Below are positions 12,662 to 24,738 of a stretch of 64,000 bases of DNA, one piece after another. Both the position numbers and the translations under genes were made by a program. This stretch comes from Mobula hypostoma (taxonomy: Eukaryota). A model generated the notes under the pieces. The model saw nothing but the letters and a program-made list of their open reading frames with translations, searched no databases and had not been told where the DNA came from. The stretch spans positions 14,634,001 to 14,698,000 of the forward strand of contig NC_086109.1 of assembly GCF_963921235.1 (NCBI RefSeq). The letters are read 5' to 3'. The first letter of the stretch is position 1. Each line of letters opens with the position of its first letter.

Positions 12662-13644
12662 CTCCTCACTGTATCACACAGAATGTCAGATGGTCATTGC
12701 TATTTTGATGTTCTGTTGCATTTTAAATAATAAATGCTGGTGGTTACTGAAATTGTGTTTGTATTTCCAATGTAATATGACCTCTCCACCTTCACAACCC
12801 TTCACTATATGACTCTGAGATTGCAGTAGTATTGTCAAAGAATATAGTGGTTTAAGAAAGAAATAGTTTCATTCGAACAAAATAACTTCACTATTCAGCC
12901 AATTACTTGCCCATGACAGGTATGTGACAGAACATCTAACGGATTATAGTTAACTGCAAACAATTTAGCAAAGTAGTTTGGAGATATATTTGACTCACTC
13001 ATTTTGAGGTTCACAGGGACTATATAAATTTCTCAATTTTGATTTTCTTTCCATGATATTTCCCAGGGGAAATTGAAGAGTTCTCTAAGCTTTAGAAAGA
13101 TTTAATGTGGCCAAACAGTGGGAAAATGATACCATGATGATCAACAATTGCTATGGCGACAAGTCATTTTCTATTTTCCTGAAGAGCTCATTAAATATAA
13201 TAGCTATTCTGAAACCTTTAGCGTATGACTGCTGTTGTTTACATATACTTGTTGTTTATATATCTGGCCTTAGGTCATTATTACATCTGGAAGACTGATG
13301 AGACATTGGGCAAATACTACATGCCTCTGCCACGATTCTAAAAAAAACTGAAGTAGATGTTAGCATAACAATTTTACAGGCTCAAGAACCCGGGTTCAAT
13401 TCTGCCGCTGTCTGTAAGGAGTTTAAACATTCTTCCCACAATCATGTGGGTTTCCTTCATATGCACTGGCTTCCACACTCATTCCAGCATTAGTTGGTTA
13501 AGTGGTCACAGGGTGTCATTGGGCAGGGTGGGCTCACTGCCCAGAAGTACTGTATTTCTGAATAAATTAAAAATTACATCATCCCCGTACCATGGACTTG
13601 ATAGGTCTTACGATTCTGGAGCAGGAAGTATGGAGTCGTTTCTA

Positions 13645-13990
13645 TTTCAAAGTTCAAAGTTCATATATGACACCATATACAACCCTGAGATTCATTATCC
13701 TGTGGGCATACTCAACAAATCTATAGAATGGTACCTATAACAGGATCAAAGAAAGACCAACCAGAGTGCAGAAGACAACAAACTGTGCAAATGCAAGTAT
13801 AAAGAAATAGCAATAAATAACAAGACATGAGATAAGGAGATAAAGGGTCCTTAAAGTGAGCTCGTTGATTGTAGAAACATTACAATGATGGAGCAAGTGA
13901 GTGCAGTTATATCCTTTTATTTAAGAGCCTGATGGTTGAGGGGTAGTAACTGTTCTTGAACCTGGTGGTGTGAGTCCCGAGGCTCTTGTG
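13645..13990 (-). mobile_element. Rex1/Babar-like 3' end
   Basis: ttcaaagttcaaagt tail; gagcctgatggttgaggggtagtaactgttcttgaacctggtggtg. Confidence 0.7.
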
Positions 13991-15380
13991 GAGAGACTAA
14001 TGTTAAAATCCATAATTATGAGACACTCTTAAAGGCCGCCACTTCTGCCAGAGTGATGAGAAGATGTGATGACTGAAAGTAAATTACCAAGATGTTCTTA
14101 AGGACAAGCAAAGAGAAAAAGGTTATTCCAAAGGCATAGAAAGAGGAACCTGGATGGAATGAAAGTCTCCAACGACATATTGAACCAAGGGTAATTTCTG
14201 TGCTGTAGATTCTGTTTGATGCTATTGGAACTAACTTGACCTGTGAAAAATATATTTTTTTTAAATTAGTAGAATTCAAGATGGTTGGTCAAATTGGACC
14301 ACACTCCATGATGGAGTTGATAACTGGTATAGAAACACAACAACACAGTCTCATCGCACCTAAATAGTATAAACTGCTTGAGGAGCCTTCTCAAAGCCAA
14401 AAACCATTGGCAAGTCATAAGAAGAGGGGAAGTGAAAGGAAATGAAGGTCAGATTCTGAACTGTGGGGAAATTTGGGACAAGAAATTCTTAATACATGGT
14501 CAAAAGCAGCTGCAAGTTCTGCCCATGGTGCAGTGGATGGAAAGACAAAGAGTTGTCACTTGACAGGAACAAGCCATGGATTAGTGTAATAGGTAGAAAT
14601 TACCATGTTTCTAATAAGGGAAAGATAAATTGGGATCTATATCTCACCATCCCATTAAAACAATAGTCAACTCTGCACAGAAACGCCATTGGCTCTTTAA
14701 TCGTGGTCTAACCAGTGGCCACCGTTGACAAGGACCCAATCTGAGTGTGTCCAGAATGAAGCCTGCTCAAAGTAGACAGGTACACTTTCCACCTCTGACT
14801 GACTGCAAATCAGAGGATTTTTTATCACAAGACTTCTTCCCCTGACCAGAAGAGTCCCTTGCCCACTCTCAAGTCCTACACATCTCCAATATTCTCACAA
14901 ACATCTGGAAAAGGAGCAATTTTTAAAAAAATTGCTTCCAAGTTGCTAGAAACACTGTTCAGATGTTTAATTTTCATTTTAACAGACTCCACGATAAGCT
15001 CTGGAGAATGGATGCCCAAAGTGAAAATGATTAAATAAATAAAAAGAAAAGGTGAAGCCATTAATTATTTCACCAGTTTCACAGGATATTACTTTGAAGA
15101 AAATACACTATTTCTTTTGCTTCTGGGTATTGACTATTTAGAAGCAATTTGGTTGGCCTGAAATATTAAAGTTTGAACAAAACATTCTGGCCATTTGGAC
15201 TTGGTTCTGTTTTTCACAGAAAAATAGGCTACTCAGACCCTCAAGAATCTTCTGCTATTTAATAAGATCACACCGCTTCCTGACCTCATTTTACCATCTG
15301 GTGCCTCCATCCCTCAATTCCCCTTCTGGCTGGAGTTCAGCGAACATAATTTGAGATGTTTTAAACTTATTCTGAAGATG

Positions 15381-15581
15381 CAAGAGACTGCAGGTGCTGG
15401 AATCAGGAGCAACAAAGAAACTGCTGGAGGAACTCAGTGGGTCAGGCAGTATTTGTGGAGGCAAAGGGATAAATCATATTTCAGGTCAAGACTCTACATC
15501 TGTCCCGATGCAGGGTCGTGGCCCAAAATGCGAACTCGCCCCTTGACTCCACAGATACTGCTTAACCCATTGAGTTCCAGC
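15381..15581. repeat. Palindromic (inverted dimer) PLE-derived repeat
   Basis: Left arm gctggaggaactcagtgggtcaggcagtatttgtggag; right arm ctccacagatactgcttaacccattgagttccagc; decayed hammerhead halves meet at ~15503. Confidence 0.65.
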
Positions 15582-16685
15582 ACAAAGGGTTACTCTGTTG
15601 ACTGTGCTTAAAGAATACACTCACCGTACATTCACATACACTCAGTGGCATGAAATTCCAAGTATTCAAAACTCCTCTGACTGAAGAAATTTCTCTTCAG
15701 CAATGGGCCACCCTCTTTGGGATTTAGAAGGAGAGGTGAGCTTACTTAAGCATATGACCTTAAAGGTCTTTGGCAAGGAGGCAGTACAACCTCCCCATGA
15801 CTGTGTGGGTTTCCTCCATGTGCTTCAGTTTTCTTTCCCATTCCAAAGATGGACAGGTTAGGGTTAGTGTGTTGTGGGTGTGTTATGTTCACTTCAAAAG
15901 TATGGTGATACTTGCGGGCTGCCCAACACAATCCTCACTGACTTGATTTGATGCAAACAATGCATTTCATTGTCTGTTTCGATGTACACGTGACAAATAA
16001 AGCTAATCTTTAATCTTTGAGTTTTAAACTTGGAAAATATTTTCAAAAAAAAGAGAAGTCATCTATCTCTTCCCTCACAGGGATCATGAATCCTTGGAAT
16101 TATTTACCCCAGCCAGCGGTGGATGCTGAATCATTGAATATATTTGAGGTTTAGAGATAAAATAGATTTCTGGTCTAAAGGGAGTAGGCAATAATGGGAA
16201 AGAGGCAGAAAAGTGGAGCCAAGGCTGTGGCGAGAGGCCTAGATGAGGATGGTAAAGACCCAAGTGCTGGAGTATCTGAGACTAGAACCAAGACACGGTT
16301 TTAAGACTGAGACAAGAGCAGGATTCTTGACTAGATGCTAGATGAGAACCTGACGAGACTAGACGAAAATTCAAATGAGAGAGAGATCTTAAATGCTGTC
16401 GCAGACTGAACCAAAGTTGGGCTAACACCGAACCTGAGTTCAGGTGCTCTTTAAATAAACAAATTTCGGTGGCAAAACATGGCCACCAATTAGTGAAGCA
16501 AGCCAGAATGTGTACGGGCCACACCAGCTATTCATATACTCCAAAGAATCAGAGCATTAAAACTCCGGAATCTGGTGCGTGCCGAAAGACCTGGTCTTGG
16601 CTCCATGATCTTACTGAACGCTGGAGTCCAGATAACTTACCATTCCTGTTATTCCATTCTTGTGTTATTAAGTTATTAACTCTTA

Positions 16686-17210
16686 TCATAAGACCATAGG
16701 TCATAGGAGTAGATTTAGACCATGCTGATTTATTATCTGTCTCAACCCCATTCTCCTGCCTTCTCCCTGTAACCTTTGACCTCCTCAGGAACCCACAAAT
16801 CTGTTTAATATATATCCAATGACTTGGCCTCCACAGCCATCAACAAAGATATTCCACAGATTCACCACTCTTTAGCTAAAGTGATTCCTCCTCATCTCTG
16901 TCCTTCTATTCTGAAGTTGTGTTCTCTGCTCCTAGAAACATCCTCTCCACAACCACTCTATCTAGACCTTGCAATATTTGATAGGTTTCAATGAGATCCC
17001 ATCCTTACCTTTGTAAACCCCAGTGAGCACAGTACCAGGCCACCAAACGCTCCCCGTACATTAACTCTTTCATTCCCAAGATAATTTTCCTGTACGTTTT
17101 CTGGGCCCTCTCCAATGCCAGCACATCCTTTCTAAGATAAGGGGCCCAAAACTAGACTTACAGTACTTCAAGTGCTGTCTGACTAATGCCTTATTAAACC
17201 TCAGCTTTAT
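16686..17210 (-). mobile_element. CR1 3' region
   Basis: cataagaccatagg tail; ggtttcaatgagatcc and ctctccaatgccagcacatcc are antisense ORF2 motifs. Confidence 0.8.
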
Positions 17211-17464
17211 AACGTGAGTTTATTATGTGAATGAGTCTGTTGCCCTCAGGCTGGACTTCCAGACTGACAATCTTCAGCCAGGGGACACATATTCCTGTAT
17301 AAACACACTTAGAATTGTCCACGTTCCAATGAGAAGGAAAAGGAACAAATACTTAAATGAAAATAGTCTTCAGTAATACACCAAAAGAGTTCAGTGTTCT
17401 AACCCATGTTAGGATTTAGCTTTTAGAGAGTTCAAAGTTAAGTATGTATACCATAAACAACCAC

Positions 17465-17620
17465 AAACAAGAGAAAATCTGCAGATGCTGGAAATTAGAG
17501 CAACACACACAAAATGCTACTTCCTGACGAAGGGTCTCGACCCAAAATGTCGACTGTTTACTCTTTTCCGTCGATGATGCCTGGCCTGCTGAGTTCCTCC
17601 AGCATTTTGTGCGAGTTGAT
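17465..17620. mobile_element. PLE-derived inverted fragments with decayed hammerhead
   Basis: Minus piece 17465-17518, then plus cctgacgaagggtctcgacccaaaatgtcgactg (GAAA mutated). Confidence 0.7.
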
Positions 17621-17889
17621 TCCATGAACAACATTGAGATACAGCGCAGGCGCCCACAAAACAAAGAACCACAACTGAATCCACGAAGAACCACACACAG
17701 CAAAGACAGGCAAACCATGTAAATAACTTAAGGTTCATGATTCAAAATAGTTTAATGTCATTTCCATTACACAAGTGCAAAGGAGAATGTAATCATTGCT
17801 ATGCTATCTCTGATGCAGTACAAAAAGAAGCCAAATAAGATAAGGAACACAATAATAATAAACAAAAGCACAATAAATATGAATACCTA

Positions 17890-18110
17890 GAGTCATAGAG
17901 AAGTACAGCACAGAAACAGGCCCTCCAACCCATCTAACCTATGCTAAAACCATTTAAACTGTCTAGTCCCATCAACCTGCACCAGGACCATTGTCCTCCA
18001 TACTCCGACCATCCATGTACCGATCCAAACTTCTCTTAAACATTGAAATCAAGCTCGCGTGCACCACTTGTGCTGGGCAGCTCGTTCCTCACTCTCACGA
18101 CGCTCCGAGT
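17890..18110 (-). mobile_element. CR1-type 3' end (third tail family)
   Basis: gagtcatagagaagtacagcacagaaacaggccc; same family at ~32380-32720. Confidence 0.65.
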
Positions 18111-18659
18111 GAACATAATAATAATAAAGTAAACTAACAATATACAGAACACAAGCTAAGTCAGCAGTGAAGCAAGTGGAGACACTCCAGAAGATCGGTG
18201 GCTTCAGGGCAACATCTGCTCCCAAACCTGGAAGCTGTTACCAGTGTTATTGGTGGGTAATTCATCCTCGACGAAACAGCCAACTGTTGTTGCAGATGGG
18301 GGCGGGGAGGTGGATTGAAAATCAAAAGAGAGCAGGCCAGCCAAGTGAGCCATGACTCAAAATGTTCAATGGAAGTGAACTTCTTCTGAATCAAAAGGCT
18401 CCAACTCAGATTACTGGCAAAATCCCTCGCTCATAAGTGCATTGAATGAAATAAAGACTTTCTGTCATGATCATTCTCAGCTTACCTTCCATATCATCAA
18501 TAATTATAATGATTACTGGTGCTTTGAATGCCCTCTGTCTGGTATCTCTTAAGCTTCATTGTTTTTCCTCACTACACTGCGCTGAAAGGGAGACTGACTC
18601 CATTACCTCAGATTTATTATTCCCACCAACGCCCCCACCACCCCAGAGACTCCCTAGAC

Positions 18660-18930
18660 ATTATTTATTTATTTATTTATTTATTTGGAGATACAGTGCA
18701 GAATAGGCCCTTCAAACCCTGCCGTCAGAAACCCTCAATTTAGCCCGAGCCTAAATCACGGCACAATTTACAATGACCAATCAACTGGTATGTCTTTGAA
18801 CTGTGGGAGGTACCCAGAGCACCCCCATTCCATTCGGAGAACGTACAAACTCCTTACGAAGGATGCCAGGATTGAACTCTGAACTCTGACGCCCTGAGCT
18901 GCAATGGCATCGCCCGCGACGTTACCGATG
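18660..18930 (-). mobile_element. tRNA-derived SINE with (AAAT)n tail
   Basis: (ttta)n tail, ctgtgggaggtacccagagcaccc core, B-box-like ggattgaactc; similar copies at ~20695-20930, 37550-37835, 41200-41485, 56905-57085. Confidence 0.7.
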
Positions 18931-19600
18931 CCCGAAAAGGAGTTCTCTTCCCAAAGTTCACCCCTTTATTCCTAGAGCTCTGCCAGCTTATTAACTATTA
19001 GGCATCCCTTACAAATGTTCCACTCCTGCATCTGGTACGTCCAGTTTCTTTGATTCCACCACTGCCTGCTAAGATTTCAGCCTGTGAGACACCACGAGGT
19101 GGAATATTGCACCACTGCCCCCCCCCACTCCACAAAACACCATTCTTCTGTTAATGTTGGAGCATGAAAACCTGAACTGGAGGAGCTATAGACACCACCT
19201 GGCAACAAGAGTAGGTCAGATGATAGGAACCATGAGGCGTGTCATCTCCCAACTCCCACAAGCCTGTTGACCCTCTACAAGGCTCAAGGCAGGTACGTGG
19301 CAGAACACTCTCCACGTGCCTGGATGACACTCAAGATGCTGAACACTTATACAGAAGATAGCTGCTTGGAAGACAATTACTCACCCACTACTAGCAGTGG
19401 TTGGTACTACCTATAGTACTGCAGCCAATCACTAAGACTATTTAGATAGATTAGATTAGATTATGAGGACACTCAGTCCTCGTTTATTGTCATTTAGAAA
19501 TGCATGGATTAAAAAATGATACAATGTTCCTCCAGAGAGATATCACAGAAACACAGGACAAACCAAGACTAAAACTGACAAAACCACATAATTATAACAT

Positions 19601-19742
19601 CACACATAAAAGTTGCTGGTGAACGCAGCAGGCCAGGCAGCATCTGTAGGAAGAGGTGCAGTCAACGTTTCAGGCCGAGACCCTTCGTCAGGACTAACTG
19701 AAGGAAGAGTGAGTAAGGGATTTGAAAGTTGGAGGGGGAGGG
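19601..19742 (-). mobile_element. Young PLE 3' fragment
   Basis: Near-identical to 22110-22255 and 45196-45340; interrupts the host element. Confidence 0.85.
19660..19695 (-). ncRNA. Minimal type-I hammerhead ribozyme
   Basis: AGUC-CUGACGA-AGGGUCUCGGCCU-GAAA-CGUU-GACU: stem I AGUC/GACU, intact core, GUU cleavage triplet. Confidence 0.7.
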
Positions 19743-21317
19743 CAACAGTGCAAAGCAATACCGTAATTTGATAAGAGCAGACCATGGGCACGGTAAAAAA
19801 AAGTCTCAAGACCCAATAGCCCCATCATCTCACACAGACAGTAGAAGGGAGAAACTCTCCCTGCCATGAGCTTCCAAGCGCCGCAAACTTGCCGACGCAT
19901 TGGAAGCACCCGACCACAGCCGACTCTGCGTCCGTCCAAAAACTTTGAGCCTCCGACCAACCCTCCGACACTGAGCACCGAGCACCATCTCTGCCGAGCG
20001 CTTCGACCTCGCCCCGGCCGCCGAGCAACAGGCAAAGCCGAGGACTCGGGGCCTTCCCCTCCGGAGATTCTGGATCACACAGTAGCAGCGGCAGCGAAGC
20101 GGGCATTTCAGAAGTTTCACCAGATGTTCCTCTGTGCTTCTTACGTCTGTCTCCATCAAATCAGGATTGTGCACCTCCAAACCCACCACCTCTCCCAGTG
20201 ACAAGGACAAGGACAAGGACAGCAAAAGCACAGGAACACCACCATCTGGAAGTTGTCCTCCGAGCACACACCATCCCGACTTGGAAATATATTACCATTC
20301 CTTCACTGTCGCTGGGTCAAAATCTTGCTGCTCCCTCCCCCACAGCATCGTGGGTATGTCCACATCTCAAGGATGCAGGGGTTCAAGAAGGCAACTTCTC
20401 AGGGGCAACTACGGATGGGCAATTAACCTCTGAATCAACCTGTGAAGCCCCACATCCCATAAATGAACAACAGCAAGAAAGAGTCCGAATGTGGCGATGA
20501 TAAAGAAATGGACTGGCATTCTAGCGACAGCGAGATAAGGGGAAGGCCAAAGGTCTCAATTCTGTGCTTGGGACCAGATTTATCAACGGTGTTTCCTTCA
20601 ACCTGGTTCAGTCTGAGTGAGTAAAATTATTCAGTTGCTAAAAGAAACATAAAGAATTACTATTTTGACTAATGTTCATTCGGAGGACATTTATTTTTTG
20701 TTTATTTAGAGATAGAACCCTTCCTGCCCAACGAGCCTGCACTGCCCAATTACACCCAATTAATCCACTAACCCATACATGTTTGGCACGTGGGTGTAAA
20801 CCAGAACACCCATAGGAAACTCACATGGTCATTGGGAGAACTATCTATCTCCTTACAGACAGTGGCAGGAGTTAAACCAGGATCACTAGTTTTGGAATAG
20901 CATTACATGAATCGCTGCGCTACCGTACTGCAATATCTGTAATTCAATATTAACATTTTAGAACAAATAAACAGAGCCCTAGAGAAGTTATGGGAAGCTG
21001 GTGGAGGACCACCAACTGTTCTAAATATAAATTGCCCAGTGCCCAAGGATGATGGCACCAAAATGGTTTCCGTACCAGACCATGATAAAACCAGTCAGGA
21101 TACTCTCCACTGTGAATCTATAGAAGTTCGTCAGAGTTTTAGAAAACATGCCAAGTCTGTGCAAAATTCTAAGGAAGTAGAGGCATTGCCATGTCTTCTT
21201 TGTGATGGGACTTATGTGCTGGTCCCAGGACAGGTCCTTAGATATGATAACGCTAAAGAATTTAAAGTTATCAACACTCTCTGTCTCAGCTCCCCAAATG
21301 AGCACTGGCTTATGGAC

Positions 21318-21861
21318 CTCCAACGGGATCCCACCACTAAGCACATCTTTCCCTCCCCCCCCCCTCGCTTTCCGCAGGGATCGCTCCCTACGCAACTCCC
21401 TTGTCCATTCGTCCCCCCCATCCCTCCCCACTGATCTCCCTCCTGGCACTTATCTGTGTAAGCGGAACAAGTGCTACACATGCCCTTACACTTCCTCCCT
21501 TACCACCATTCAGGGCCCCAAACACTCCTTCCAGGTGAGGCAACACTTCACCTGTGAGTCGACTGGGGTGATATACTGCGTCCGGTGCTCCCGATGTGGC
21601 CTTTTATATATTGGCGAGACCCGACGCAGACTGGGAGACCGCTTTGCTGAACATCTACGCTCTGTCCACCAGAGAAAGCAGGATCTCCTAGTGGCCACAC
21701 ATTTTAATTCCACATCCCATTCCCATTCTGACATGTCTATCCACGGCCTCCTCTACTGTAAAGATGAAGCCACACTCAGGTTGGAGGAACAACACCTTAT
21801 ATTCCATCTGGGTAGCCTCCAACCTGATGGCATGAACATCGACTTCTCTAACTTCCGCTAA
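21318..21861 (+). pseudogene. PLE GIY-YIG endonuclease domain remnant
   Basis: CKRNKCYTC...VIYCVRCSRCGLLYIGETRRRLGDRFAEH...LGSLQPDGMNIDFSNFR*; frameshift in the poly-C run near 21352-21364. Confidence 0.85.
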
Positions 21862-22157
21862 GGCCCCACCTCCCCCTCGTACCCCATCTGTTACTCATTT
21901 TTATGCACACATTCTTTCTCTCACTCTCCTTTTTCTCCCTCAGTCCCTCTGAATATACCCCTTGCCCATCCTCTGGGTCCTCCCCCCTCCTTGTCTTTCT
22001 TCCCAGACCTCCTGTCCCATGATCCTCTCATATCCCCTTTTGCCTATCACCTGTCCAGCTCTTGGCTCCATCCCTCCCCCTCCTGTCTTCTCCTATCATT
22101 TTGGATCTCCCCCTCCCCCTCCAACTTTCAAATCCCTTACTCACTCTTCCTTCAGTC

Positions 22158-22193
22158 AATCCTGACGAAGGGTCTCGGCCTGAAACGTCGACT
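22158..22193 (+). ncRNA. Minimal hammerhead ribozyme in the PLE 3' repeat
   Basis: AAUC-CUGACGA-AGGGUCUCGGCCU-GAAA-CGUC-GACU; core intact, one stem-I mismatch. Confidence 0.7.
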
Positions 22194-22419
22194 GCGCCTC
22201 TTCCTACAGATGCTGCCTGGCCTGCTGCGTTCACCAGCAACTTTGATGTGTGTTGACTGGCTTATGGATCTTCGGTTTCTTCTTCCTGTCGTCAATAATC
22301 AGCTGTTGTTGACATTGATTGAGAGGTTGTCGTTGTGGCAGCATTCAACCAGAAATCTCTCAAATTTCTATCAAGTAATTGTTTGTCAGCCTTTGTTATT
22401 TATAGTATAGTGTTTCATA

Positions 22420-22743
22420 AATAAATAAATAAAGGCATCCATTAGTCTTGCGAGACCATGGATCTGCGCCTGGAAAGTCTTCACTCTCCAGGGCGCAGGC
22501 CTGGGCAAGGCTGAATGGAAGACCAGCAGTTGCCCGTGCTGCAAGTCTCCCCTCTGCACGACACCAATGTTGTCCAAGGGAAGGGCATTAGGACCCATAC
22601 AGCTTGGCACCAGTGTCGTCGCAGAGCAATGTGTGGTTAAGTGCCTTGCTCAAGGACGCAACACGTTCCCTCGGCTGGGGCTCGAACTCATGACCTTCAG
22701 GTCGCTAATCCAATGCCTTAACCACTTGGCCACGTGCCCACAC
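22420..22743 (-). mobile_element. Young full-length tRNA-derived CORE-type SINE
   Basis: A box TGGCCAAGTGG, B box GAGTTCGAGCC, CORE-like gtccttgagcaaggcacttaacc, (TTTA)n tail; TSD TAGTGTTTCATA (22408-22419) / TAGTGTTTTATA (22744-22755). Confidence 0.85.
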
Positions 22744-24387
22744 TAGTGTTTTATATATTCTATTGTATTTTGTTATTTTCCTGTATGTGCCTGCAAAAAA
22801 AATCTCAAGGTACTATATGGTAACTTTATTGATAATAAAGAAAGGATAAGGAGAGGTCCAAATTCAGAGCTTTGGTGAGGGTGGCATAAGCTGAGCAATC
22901 GTTGCAAATGCCAGGCAAGTTGTGTCCGAAATGGTAGCGGCTCCTGACTGCCGCTGTACACAATGTGTGCCCATCTTGAGCAGGGTGAAGGTAAGATTAG
23001 GACTGGATAAAGCAGTCAAGTAACTTAATGTTACTCACAACTCCTCACAACTGTGACAGTATACAGGGTATATAGAATCTGCAGAATCAGACCGCAGCAT
23101 TGGACAACACACTCAGGACAGGGAGACTGCAGGAACATGTTCAAAGACATAGAGCAGCCCAAGTTATTAATTATATTCTGGAGTCTGGAAATGAGAGAAG
23201 CCAGACACAGTCCAACCACAAATAAAAGGATTTTTTTTTTCTTGCTGATGCTAAAATGTCAGAGTGACAGGGAAACGTTGGGAATAATTGGTGGAATAAT
23301 AGGCTACCAAAGTCAGCAAATAGTCACAAGTCTACTTTAATGATCACTGTCTCCTTAACATACCCACACATTAGCGGACCACTGGAAATTTTCAGATTCG
23401 TCCCCATCTCTATTCTTTTAATCGGCTTTTCTAATGAGTTATCAGTTAACGCAGACCATGAATTCAGATACTGACCACAACCAGGGAACAAGAGTGAGCA
23501 AAAAAAAATTTCAAAAACACAGTCACAGTGAAGGATCAACTCTCAATCGAAAGAGAACTTCAGACAGGCAGGGCCAACATTAAGATGAGAAACCTACAAT
23601 AATCTAATTATAGCGCAGAGAAGAAAGACAACTTTCAAGAGTCTGCTAACTGGGGCCATCAAGATTTATTTCAAGGCACATAAAAAGGTAGATGGAGCAG
23701 GGTACAGGAAGTACTGGGGACCGGTCAGGAAGAATCAGAATCAGGTTTAATATCAGTGGCATATGTCATGAAATTTATTGTTTTGTGGCAGCAGTACATT
23801 GCCATACAAAATAAAAAAATCTAAATTACAATAAAAAATATAAATATTTGTACATATACAAGTTTAGAGTCAAGGGGCTTTGACAACTGGCCCAGGGACA
23901 TCATCCATTGAAGGTCAGTATTGGACCTTAGATCCTCAGCCTGCACGTGTTATCTCCTAAAAGTGGTGATGGTCTCCCCCTTTCAGGCAGAGAGCTCCCA
24001 ACCCCAACCAATCCTTCAATGAAATGGGAGTTGTCTCACACCACTCCAATCTAGGATAGTGGTGAATATCGGTGGCTCGGATTGAGGCGTTTGATGGTGT
24101 CTGCCGAGCTTGGCAACTGGGAAATTTGATATTTGATTGAGATTACAGTGGTGTTCTAAGACCCTCCTGCAGAATCCCTGCTTTCACTCCCAATTGTAAG
24201 CTAATTGCCAAGCTTCGTGAACATCGCAACATCAAGCCCCTCCAATCTTTTTACCAATTAACTTCATCTTACAGCTCACCCACAAGGCTAATCTAGACTA
24301 CTTCTTGTAGTACACTTGTGTACAGGAAGGTACATCCAAACCAGTATAATCAGGAATGGCTTTCATTCACACATCCTGAAACATTAT

Positions 24388-24738
24388 GTCTCTACCAAAG
24401 GAGATGTATGGTGCTTCTTCCCTCTGCTAGCCTGCAGGACCCCCTTGGGCAAGGTGTAGCACCTGCTTAGCTCCCCCAGTCAGGGTCACATGAAGCCATG
24501 GGAGTAGGTGGTGGGTGGTCTTACTGAGCTGATGCATTATCGCAGGTCCTTGTTATGCAACCACTGATGCCAACCAATCTCTGATGAGTATTGATATGGC
24601 TGACGCCTCGTAAAGACACTGCCCAAAAGAAGGCAACAGCAAACCTCTTCTCTAGAAAAATTTGCCAAGAACAATCACAGTCATGGATAGACCATGATCA
24701 CCCATGTCATACAACATGGCACATAATGATGGTGATGA
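24388..24738 (+). mobile_element. Short RTE-derived non-autonomous element
   Basis: RTE-like 3' end gaaggcaacagcaaacctcttc...ttgccaagaacaatc; colinear minus copy at 40348-40710. Confidence 0.6.

Larger units (their letters stand above)
19441..20173 (-). mobile_element. Second copy of the (TCTAA)n-tailed element
   Basis: ttagattagattatgaggacactcagtcctc tail; colinear with 1070-1610. Confidence 0.75.
19235..20470 (+). mobile_element. Ancient CR1-like LINE 3' part split by a younger insertion
   Basis: LYKAQ.R...E.SP.AW motif at ~19270-19325; resumes at ~20175 and ends ggggcaactacggatgggcaa...cccacatcccataaatgaa. Confidence 0.6.
21317..22255 (+). mobile_element. 5'-truncated Penelope-like element (GIY-YIG C-terminus + 3' repeat)
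   Basis: 13-bp TSD ACTGGCTTATGGA at 21304-21316 and 22256-22268; GIY-YIG coding sequence; pyrimidine-rich 3' region; hammerhead. Confidence 0.9.
21040..22350 (-). mobile_element. Rex1/Babar-like ORF2 fragment split by a PLE
   Basis: VDNFKF..VIISKDLSW..HI....KK..Q.LYFLR.L......KTLTNFYR..VESILTG; resumes after 22256. Confidence 0.75.

Noticed and set aside
21202..21861. 219-aa ORF as a host nuclease gene
   Set aside because: Chimera of antisense Babar sequence and a truncated PLE GIY-YIG domain bounded by a TSD
22665..22740. tRNA gene
   Set aside because: tRNA-like head of a SINE: followed by CORE and tail, bounded by a TSD, with no complete cloverleaf
23363..23470. Possible minus-strand exon (cag|YLNSWSAL...PLMC|gtatgt)
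   Set aside because: Splice-like ends are present, but the peptide is unrecognised and no partner exons could be linked
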